NCBI GenBank assembly: GCA_964247055.1
Contig: OZ176060.1
Location: 1,426,001 to 1,490,000 of the forward strand
DNA from: Paragordius varius
Lineage: Eukaryota > Animalia > Nematomorpha
Length of the DNA: 64,000 nt
Direction of reading: 5' to 3'
Shown here: positions 44,201 through 56,200 of the stretch, one piece after another
Layout: each line of letters opens with the position of its first letter
Numbering within the stretch: position 1 is the first letter of the stretch
Program-made: the position numbers and the translations under genes
The notes under the pieces: model-generated
Database searches by the model: none
What the model was told of the DNA's origin: nothing
The model's input: only the letters and a program-made list of their open reading frames with translations

Positions 44201-47200
44201 CATTATTGATCCATGCTTTAGAGAAGATGAAACTAAGGTTATTTAATTACTTTTAAACAATCCTTGAAATAATATATTATTATGGAGTATTACCTTAATT
44301 TTTACTAACGCGATTGCTGAATCGCATTATAAAGTAAAATAATGGTAATTAGGAAACATAAAAAGTAAAAGATTGTTGTTTAATATACTATGTTATTTTA
44401 GAGATACACCACCCCGTAAAATTTGGATGATATCATTTCTATCATTACCTTGATAAGCATTATAAAAAAATATGGTTTGACAGTATTTTGCTTAATGTTC
44501 GATATTATTAACAACTGACATAGTCATTGCTATTATAATAATTACACCATTTATGGACTAAATATAAATACAATAATTGCTAAAAATTGATATTAAGAAT
44601 ATTTTTTTAATTTGTGTGGCATTTTTTATCCTTTTAAATGTTGTTTTACAAGTATAAAAAAATAACATTTACATATATATTTAAATGTACATACTTCCTT
44701 TTCGGTAGAGAGATAAAATAACATTGCAATATGTCCCCCTTACATATCTTATTAGAGAACTGGTAACATTGCATATGTTTTGTGCCTAATTCGATAATTA
44801 ATTTTTTTGATATATATTTTTTTAAGAATTAAGTTTTTATCAATTTATTAAGATATTTCAGAAAATTATAACAAAACAATAAAATATATTTGGAATTAGC
44901 ATAGATCGCTAATCAATAAAACTTGTACTATACCAATTTAAATATTATTTTGATATTGCTTACTTTTTTATGATATATTTCATCTAAAATTTGTTAAAGT
45001 GGGAAATGTCACGAAAAATGGTAAAATAATATCATATACACTAGACAACAATTTTTCCCTTTTTTTAATTGCCATTCTTGTAAAATTAAAATTTATTTCA
45101 TTAAAGTACATAATTAGTATATCTGAAAAGAAAATTGGTCTAGCATGAAAGATTTTTTTTATATTAGAGTTTATTGATAATTTTTGGCCCCGATTTAACA
45201 TTAAACTCGAAATTTCAAAATTTAAAAGTTTTAAATATGAAGCCATGTATTTTATATCATTCGAAAGAGCTCAAAAAGCTGCCTCTTTTAAATGGTAGTA
45301 AGTCATTTAAGTCAATCGTATGTAAAAGTTATTTGAATTTAAATGGTCCAAATTTTTAATACTTAATTAAGTCAAGAATTTTCACAGACAAACTAATTTG
45401 AAAATCATATAATTTATTTTAATATAATTATTAGGGTTATATTAGTATTTAATTTAAAAAAAATGTTTGAAAAAGCTTTTGGTTTGCTTTTTTAATAAAA
45501 ATTATTATTAATATAAATATTTTGCCTAGTGGATACTAAAATGCATAGTTATAACTGTAAATTTTTTACATAATGGCTATAAAAGATCATAAATACCTTA
45601 AACCTTGTTATTATCTTTAAAATTTCGAAATTATCAGCCTCGCAAAGAAAATAAATTAATATTGATGAGATGGTAATTTTTAAAAACAAAAAACTTAAAA
45701 ATGGCTGTTTTGAGTGACATAAAAGCAATAAATTATTTTCATCCATTAGTTTCAAAAATATAATAATTAAAAAAAGTGCCCTCGCTTCGCGCGTTCGCTG
45801 CTCTTTGTGTTCAATAATAACTGTCGATGTAATACATATTAGTATGCATTTTAAAGATTTTTATTACTCTTTCGAATGATATATTACAAAAGGGCATTAC
45901 TTGTGTATTTTCAAAAAAAATCATTTTTTTAGTAAATTTTTGATAAAGAGGGCGCATAATTAAAAAAATCAAATTATACAAAATTCTTCCAACGGGTTAT
46001 AATTTTTATTTCGGATTTACTGTTAGAATGATACTAAATATCAGAAAATGCAAAAAACTCGAGTGGCAAAAAAATTTGTTGTCCAGTGATATTTATTTAA
46101 AATTATTTTATGGTTCTAGTGAATCATATTTCCTGTTTCGGCCCTGTTTAGTGATGATCATTGACTTTTCTCGCATAAACATTTGTCGTAATTTATTTAT
46201 GCTTGATTTTGACATATCTAAGAAATCACAGAACCATCGACTTGGTTTTTCATTGTGTTATGGAAAAAAGTGGATGGCTTTCTTACACCAATACTTTCCT
46301 AAAATGACGATTAAAAAATTCTTTTTTTGATCTCTGGAGTCTGGGTTATTAATGTGTTCCCATAGTTTGAATCTGATGTTGATGGCAAACTTTCATCTAT
46401 ACTATCTTCTTCAAAAAGGCTATACATTAATTCTAAATAAATTCTTAATAATTTGATAAAAACTTAATATTTTATAAAAAAAACTAGCGTAAATCTCGTG
46501 CTACGCAGCCCGAGGAAGTCCTTTGGACTTCTGGGGAGGGGGGGGGGCATTTTTGAATTTATAAGCAATGGTATGCGGCACGAAGTTTTAAAATGATTCA
46601 CATAGTCTCATATTCTAAAATTTGGCTCCAAAGGCATGCTATATCGATATGATGGCGCAGTTATAGGCGGGCCCCCTACCCAGAGGCCATTATAATAATG
46701 TAGTTAGATAAAATATTTTGTCTTTATACCTGGAATAATCGTTCATTCATGGAAGAATGGCTTCAAAACTAAATAATAGTTCAATGATAGCGCATTTTTT
46801 TGGGCGTAAAAGGCCTATTTAACGGCTAATTCAAAATCCGCTCGACTAAAATTTTTGACTTTTTAGGGTAATACTTTAAGCAGCTATTGAACTCCTATGG
46901 CCTGATAGGTTTTCTGAAATTTAGCCCCAAAAGCACGCCATTTCGATATGATGGGTCAATTTTCCGCGGGTAGCTTTTTACTCAGCAGCTATCATCAAAG
47001 AAATGCTTGACTAAAATTTTTGACTTTTATCAGGAAATACGTGGAACCAATTAAATTTTTACGGTTTCATACCTAGGGCCAAAAATAGATGTAAATAATT
47101 ATTTTTGTGGACTTTAAAAAAATGGCATTTCACGGGGGGAGCGGGTAAAAAGAGGACCTAAATTAAAAAAGCAAGACGACTATGTTCGGCGCAATCGAAA

Positions 47201-50200
47201 ATAAGAAAACAAAAATCATATTTGAAATTGAATGATCCAACACGTTCTCCAGAAAATTGTCTCAAAGACACGATTTTTGTGAACTTCTATTTTCAAAAAA
47301 AAACCGTTTACACGAGGTGGGCCCGAACTGGGGGCCTATTTCAAAAAAAGGGAGAAGCTATTGTCGGGGCATTCATTAATGATTATATATTTTCGATGTT
47401 TGGATTTGAATGGGTCTACCGGTTTTCCGGTACCAGATTACAAAGCCAGCATTTTCCATTTTTATAAATGTGTAGATTATATATCAAACTTATAAATTAA
47501 TTATCAAAGTATGCACAACACATAAGATATCGATTAATACCTAATTTTATAAAAAAAATGTTATATCAAACCTAAAAAATTAATTATCGAAGTAGGCAAA
47601 ACACATATGCGATGTTACCAGTTCTCTAATGAGATATGTAGCGAGAAGGGGAACATATTGCAAGGTTAATATTGTATCTTTCATATATGTGTACCGAAAA
47701 GGGACATGTATGTACATTTAAATATATATATAAATGTTATTTTTTATATGCTTGTAAAACAACTTTTTAAAGGATAAAAAAATGCCACACAAATTGAAAA
47801 AAAATAGTTTTAATATTAATTTTTAGCTACTGTAATTAGCGCTAATGCTTATTTAATTTTTAAGGATCATTTAACCATTTTTTATAAAATTAAAAAATAT
47901 TGGTGAACTTTTCTGTAGCAATATGCATATACTGCTTTGAACAATTATACAAAAATATAGTAGTATGTTAAATTATTAATAAACATGTACTATAAAAAAC
48001 ATTATAAATAAAATTTAGAGAATCAGGCATATGTTAAGAAACTTATTATTAAGCTTTATAAACAATCTTAAGGACAAATTTGCTTAATCAAATGTATTAA
48101 GGTAAATAATTTCATGCACTAATAAAATGGCAAATACAACAATTTGTAAAAAGAAAGCGAGGTAAACAGGATGTTAAAAAGCTGTGCTAAGAGGCACAAC
48201 ACTATTTATATACATAATACTATAGTGTTAAATACTCTCTATTTTTTATTATACTGCATGACATTTTTTATTTTATTTAGTTGCCTCAGTGGTATATCAA
48301 TAATTACTTGTACATATATATACAGTATGTACAGTAATTGTTATAATTTAATATTAAAAATATTTTAATCCATGTGCATTTTTTTATCCTTTTAAAAGAT
48401 GTTTTACAAGCATATAAAAAATAACATTTACATATATATTTAAATGTACATACATGTCCCTTTTCGGTACACATATATGAAAGATACAATATTAACCTTG
48501 CAATATGTTCCCCTTCTCGCTACATATCTCATTAGAGAAATGGTAACATTGCATATGTGTTGTGCCTACATCATTAAATAATTTTTTAGGTTTTATATAT
48601 ATAATTTTTTTATCAAAAATTAAGAAGATATTTCACATCACTGATATAGACTATAAAAAAATATTTGAAATAACATATAAATCGCTTATGTGCGTAATAA
48701 ATCTTGTATTATACATTAAATATTGATTTGATTTTGCTGACTTTTTTATCATTTTAGGAATATTTTCAATATATAAATAGCCCAAACTCATATAGTTAGG
48801 GTTTCTATAAAATTTCAAGTCAAAAGATGGCGTTTTCTTTTATCAAACTTAACAGACAAAATAAATTTGAAACTATATTAAAATAATTTATTATTTACTA
48901 TCTAAACTCACTATTAAAAACTTAACATTCATATTTTATTGAGTAAAAAATACTTATATATCAAAATAAAACCAAAAATATTGTTTTTTATTTTTGCATT
49001 TTTTTGTCATCTGGTTTATGAGTATATAAAAAATTTATACTGTTTTATTTTGGATTCCTACATGATTAAGAATTATTAAGTATATAATTTATGATAGGAT
49101 TCAAAAGTAATGGAATATCAACCAACAATCATTACAATTTCCTGTAACAAATCTGTTTTATGATAAATTATACGTTTAATATAACCCTATTAAATGTTTT
49201 TTTTGAAAAAAATAACCAAAATATATTTATTAGGAGATATTCATATCGTACTGTGCGATCAAAAAAACCAAATCGTTTCTGGCTTACAGTAAAAAATGGT
49301 TAAATTGTTTTCATTGTCCAGCCTTAGTTTTTTTTAATTTTTTGAAAAATTATAATAATTTTGAAGAGATTTTGTGTTTCTTTCATCGCACAAACTTTTG
49401 ATACTGCAATATTGTTCCCAAAATGTAGTGCATCTTTGTTTTTTTTAATAACAAAATTTAATTTGTGAAAAAAACATTCAATAGGATTTAGTTGGGGCGA
49501 ATAAGGTGGTAACTATATAAGTTTGTTCATTAAATACCCAAAATAGAACATTTATGTATGGGTGCGTTGTCGCAAATGACAAACGCATCTTGTGCTAACA
49601 TGGGTAAAGACTCCAAAAATGGCTTAAAAGTCTCCCCATTGAACTCTGTCTGTTTTATGCTATAATTAACGACACCCTGTATTCCAATCATACACAACAA
49701 AGAGACGTTTTTACCTATAATAAAATAAAGATATACCTTTATTAAAGCCCTTTACGATAGGTGCCTGTCCTGACGGTGCCCGACCGAATATATTTTTTGC
49801 TATCAAGGAAAACCCCGACTCATCTAAATAATAAATTTTGTCCAAGGGTATACCGTTCACAAGACAGGCATACTCAAATCGTTTTTGAATTACCAACGAG
49901 GAATTGCGCTGTTGAGGTTCCATACACCTTTTGCGCGTGTAGTTTAATATATATTTTATTTAAGGTGTTTTTGGATATTTTGCATTCTGTTGGTAATTTA
50001 TTTAAAATCTCGACAGTTGATATAAAATTATCAAAAATGTTTTTACTTTTTCTTCTACCGTTTAATGAATTTGTCATATTTTCCTCCCCGTTAATTTCAT
50101 TAATATCTAAAGTTTAAATGAAAAAAACCATCGTTGCCAGGGACAATACAATTTTGCGTGTGTCTTATATCTTCGTCAACATTTTAACATTATAGAAATA

Positions 50201-53200
50201 AATACCCGCAATACCAGGGTTACATCCTAACAATATCGGATCCGAATAATTATTTAATCTAGCATTAATTGTGAATATCCTTTTCCATAGCAAAACAACA
50301 AATTTATAATTAAGATAAAAATTACGATTTTATTTTTTTTCAATTCAATTCCCAACCCTTTTGTACAATAATCAATGAAGGGTTAGTTGTTAGCGGATTT
50401 TCATTATACTTAAACACATTTTTACCATATAAGATTTTCGATGCCCTTCCCCCACACTTCTTTTTTTTGATGAATATGATATTGTTAATACCATGGTTTC
50501 TTTAACAAATAAAAATATCCAATTAACACTTCGATTTAAATTAGTGTACTCAGACAATATTAAATGATATTTTTAAAAAAAACTACTGAAAGAAACGGTT
50601 CCAATTTAAATCTATGCTTCTATCCTAATAAAAATTGTATGAATATGCCAAAATATCTAAATTAAATTTAGTTTTGGAAAAAAAGTCCCGTATTATTGGA
50701 CGCCAATTTTAATTTACGACATTTTTGCATTATATGTCTTTATTTGATTCTAAGCCTAAAATTAAGTTTACTTTTTTATTAACACTTGGACAACAAACTC
50801 ATTTTAGTCCTTCGATTCAAATTGGGGTAGTTGTATACCCCAGGCCTGTTTATAATCAAATACTTAAAGAAGTATGGAAGGAATCAAAACCATGACAAAA
50901 TTTTGCACTTATATAACATTAATAAACCGAATTATATAAAAAATTTAATTCTTTATATTACTTTTTTTAAGCTAAAACCGAAAGGTAAAAATTTCGTCAA
51001 CTTGACATGTGTCAAATTGTAAAATTAAAAAATAATACAAAATAAACCGCTTTTTCTATTTCTATCAATGTTAAATGTAATTTATAAAAAAATTAGTTTT
51101 AGTTTTACCCTTAAAATTAAATGAAGACGATATTTTGTAAAAATTTTGTAAAATAAAAATGGCGTCCAAGTAGTTTGAGATGGAACTTTTTTTTCAAAAC
51201 AAAATTTTATCAAGCTATTTTGGCATATTTATATAGTTTTTATTAGGATAGAAGCATAAATTTAAATTAAGACCGTTTTCTTCAATACCTTTTCAAAAAT
51301 ATTAATTTAAATTTAGTCTGGGGTATTTAGATACCCCAATTTGAATCGAAGTGTTAAAATCACATTTAACATTTATACAGAAAAAGTGGTATATTTTGCA
51401 TTATTTTTGTATTTTGCTTATGCATACATGTCTTGGATTAATTTTTACCTCTCGGTTTTATTCCTGTATAAATAATATCAAGTATTTCTGAATGATTTTT
51501 TTATTATATTTCGGTTAATTAATGTTATATAAATGCAATTTGCCATGGTTTAAATTAATTCCATATTATTTGAAATATTTATATTTACAAGCCTGGAGCA
51601 TCTAACTTCTCCGATTTGAATCGAAAGACTGAAATGAATGTGTTGTATACAAGTGTTAACAAAAAAAATTTTTGTTAAAAAAAATATTAATGACAACTTT
51701 AATATATTTAAAATAAATCGCATATAGGGACAAAAAGAATTTTGTGAAAAAAAATATTATACAATAAATATTGTTGTAATGTTGACTTTTTTATAAAAAC
51801 ATTATATTTCATTTAAAATTAGTTAAATTGAGAATCATTATAAAAAATGGTAATCTAATATCATTTATTAATTTATAATTATGTTAAAATTCCAATGGAA
51901 GTTTTGCTAAACATATATACAATTTTTTGATGCGCTCACATTTAAAAAGATGAATGTGCTGAATATTTTCAAGAATGTCTATTAGTTTTCAACAATTTTT
52001 TCACATTTAAAATGGCATCTTTTCTGTTTATTAATGTTGGCAAAGATTCAATTGGTTTTAATTGGGGACTATAAGGAGGCATAAATAATAAATTTGTTTT
52101 GAATTCGCATATAATTTAATTTTTTAAAATAGCTATACATAAATAAAATTGTAAATTCTCTTTTTTAAATAGATGGCCACACATTGATTAAATCCTAACT
52201 ATTTCACATTTAGGTGATTTCGAAAATAAAAAACTATATATTAAGCTTAGATAATTATCGAAATATGCACATATGTGTACCGAAAAGGGACATATAGATG
52301 TACATGTAATTATTGTCGAGGCAACTTTCAAATAATAAAACATGTCATCTAGAAAAATATAAAATAATGAGTATTTAATTCTATAAATTACTGTAAAACG
52401 CATTGTGCCTAAGAAGCACTAAAGTAGGATTATAACGATGAATAAATAATTAAAATATCGACACATCGTATTAAAAAATAAAAATATTTAATTGGTTACT
52501 ATGTATACCGTGCCAGGGCCACATGCGCCCATAAAAGGCTTTTTTATAACCCTAAATTATATATCAATTTTTTCATGTGATAGTATATATATCTACAAAT
52601 ATCTACGACAGCTAAGTTTATAAAGTATTATGGCCGACTAGACAAGAAAAATATTTTTTCGGTCTTTTAAAATTTTTGGTGAGTAGTACCGCTATCCATA
52701 AAAAGAAGAATATCATAACAACATAATGAGAACCAAATGAATGGAAATTGAATCAATATATGACAATCATCGTATATTATCTCCAATAAAAGAAACTACA
52801 ATAAAACGCGTGAACTAAATTTTGGTAATATGGTCATCGTATATATATATGAGATTTTACAATTTTCAGAAAGTTTTTCAATTTTTTTCATAAATAAATC
52901 CATAATCGCACTTTGTCATCGAATTCAAAAAAAAACTTGCGTTTATGTGATAAATCATTTAAATTTTTTTAACTATTCACGCAAGAATCTTAATTAAAAC
53001 TAAGAGAAACGTAGACGAAAGGTACGCAGACGAGATAACCCTATTTTGTTCATATATTAGAATTAGACTGCTTTAAGAAAAACTAGTGCATCATACAATT
53101 TTATATAGAATTTTGTGCCTGAAGAACATATGCCTCACGTAACCAGCAAAAGTAAAAGGATGTTGAAAGTTATCGTTTATTGGCATAATCACATGGGGAA

Positions 53201-56200
53201 TCGGCTCCATCCATTAATACATGTAAAACATGGTTTTGAAATATTAAAAATATTATAATGGAAACCGCACAACTGCAAAGACATCAAGTGCAAGAGTTAT
53301 TAGATAAAGACCTAACTCATACGACAAAACATTCAATAGATGTCTAAGAGTAATGATGGTGACAAATCTACTCTGGATTCTACACTGTTTGAATGAACGT
53401 ACGTTAAATCAAAAATTGGAATGCAACTTGTAAAATCGTCATGAAAGGACATTTCATTAGCAAGATGGACAAGTAATGATAAGCAACTTTTGCTTAAGTC
53501 CTAGCGAGAACGTAGTTACCTTGCGGTCCATCAAGAGCATGGCCAAATTCTTTGGCGAAAAAAATATGCTCTGTGTCTGGCGGGACCAGATCATTGTATA
53601 TATTTTTTAGTTAAACTTTTATTCACATCAACAAATGAATACTTTAAACGAGCCTTATTGGAAAAACGACCAGAATTGGCCAGAAAACATGGCAAAATGC
53701 CCCACACTAAAACAAAGACCACGCTAAACTTCTGTGACCTTTGAATCAAAAGGGCACACCCAGAGCAGCAATAATTCCGACGTTGGTAATAGCTAATGCT
53801 CTTTCGCAAAAGACCAACAATTTTCTGGCATTGATTCATAACTAAGTGCGCTAAATACTTAGAGGGCGATATACAATAATAACACTAGACAAAATTTTTT
53901 TACTTTTTTAATAGCCATTCTTGTTTATCAATTTATTTCACTAAAGTAACTAAATAGTATATCTGAAAAAAATTGGTCTAACACCAAAAAATTATTAGGG
54001 TTTATCGATAATTTTTGGCCCGGAATTAACATTAAACACGGAAGTTTCAAGATTAAAAGTTTTAGTAGAGCCATGTATTTTTTATCATACGAAAGAGCGC
54101 GAAAAACTGTAACCTTCGAATGGTAGTATTGGTCATTCAAATCAATCTGATGTAAAGATATTTGGGTTATAATAAAATTTTCAACCCTTAAATAAGTTAA
54201 AAATTTTCACAGACAAATTAATTTTAAAATCATATAAATTATTTTAATATAAATAGGGTTAGATTAGTAAATTAAAATCTTTGAAAATTTGGTTTGCTTT
54301 TTCAATAAAAATTATTTATCAAAATTATTTTGGGTAATGGATATATAGTTATAATCGTAAACTTATTACTTAACCTTAAAAAAGTTAAAAATACCTTAAA
54401 CATTTTTAATTTGTGAAATTTGGAAGTTATAAGCCTTTTTAAAAAACATTACATATTGATAAAATGGTAATTTTGTAAAAACAAATAATTTAAAAATAGT
54501 TTTAAATGACATAGAAGCAATAAAGTGTATTAATCAAAAAATCTTGTGTTATCTTTTTTGGACATTCATTGCCATCTAGACAAAGTTTCATCCATTAGTT
54601 TTAAAAATATATTAATCTCTTGCTTCGCGCGTTTGTCTTCCTATGTCCATTATTAACTGTCGATGTAAAACACATTAGTATGCATTTTATAGAGTTTTCA
54701 CTATGTTAAATAATATATTATAAATGGGCATTTGTTGTATATTTTAAAAGAAAAACATTTTTCAGTAAAATTTTGATAAAGAGGGCGCATAATCATAAAA
54801 AATCAAATTAAATTCTTAAGTGGAATTATAATTTAGGTTTAATAAAAAAATGAGAGTAAATATCAAAATGGCAAAAAACTCGGGTGGCATAAAAGATGTG
54901 ATTACATATATTTGACGCCATTTTGTTGATACCGGCTTTCGGTAAACTGAGTAAAAAACTTTTATTGAATTGTATAGAAAAAGTATTTAAAAAAAATATA
55001 TATATATATATATAATTAATATATAGGTTTGGATATTTGGCAATATTATACACCACTTCCACTTTTGTGCAAATTATCTAATTTTATATTAGGCTTAAAT
55101 ATTTTTTTTCGCGACATATGGGTAAATGTTATATATATAATAATTATATGGTTATATAGTTTCAGCATGATTGGAAGTGTTTTTCGTGACGCCAAAGTGC
55201 GATTTTGCTTATATATGTATTTCCAAATCAATCCTAATAATTAAAATTTTGGGTTTAGGATTATGTTTGTCCATATATACATACAATATTTAAATGAACA
55301 GTTTTATTGTGTAAATGGTAATAACAACGGTGTCATTTTGAATCTTGCTTAATGCTAAAATTCATACTTTTTCAAATTATTAATCAGATCATGCTTTTTA
55401 ACATTTAACTTTTGCCCATCTTTGCCGCACATTTCATAATAATATAATTTATTATGAAAATTACTTTCCTACACATATTTACAGTATGCATTTTATTGTA
55501 TGTTAAATAATTTTATTGCCAGTTAAATAAAAGAAAACGTTTATCAAATACGTAAAATACTGCTCCACAAAATTATTTAGTACTGCACATATGAAATAGG
55601 ATCGTTAGAATTTACATAGGCTTAATTTGATGGATATTTTGGTATGTTAAATTTTGATGAGAATATTACAGCAATTTAGGTTAACATTTGAATTTATTAT
55701 TGATACGTATTTAGCGGAATTTTGTGGGTTATTATCTTTAATAAATTAATAATTAGTAAAATAGGTATTTAAAGATTGTTCATGTTAATTGTTCCCAACC
55801 AAATTCAATAATTATATTTTTTAACATGATAAATACCTGTATTTATCAAAATAGGTATTTTTATTATTTTATATAGTTATTACTAATTAAAAACACAGGT
55901 ATATATATATAGGTTTGTGAAATTTTATGTAGATTTTACATAATTTTTGCTTTTAGGTTTTGCTGGTTAATTAATTATAATTTTCAAATATTGACATATT
56001 AATAAATACATAAAAATATTTGGATTTAAGTAAATTCATGTAGATTTTATTTTGTTTTTTATGTTTTGCATTGTTAATTATATATAATTTTTAAGTATTT
56101 CGGACATTATAATAAATACAGGTAAAAATTGCAGTTTTTTATAAATTTAGTCGAATTTTAATTTTTTTTGTTTTTTTATTTAACATTGTTAATTGTATTT

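Noticed and set aside
21584-46330. ORF-track ORFs at 21584, 27293, 45174, 46028 (family A) and 15567, 47222 (family D) as genes
   Set aside because: Short chance frames inside non-coding repeats, not conserved between copies and without domain motifs.
50783-50800. CACTTGGACAACAAA resembles the family A TIR, suggesting a chimeric element
   Set aside because: Other copies read CACTTG(G/T)ATACAACACATTC, so the similarity comes from a small deletion in this copy.
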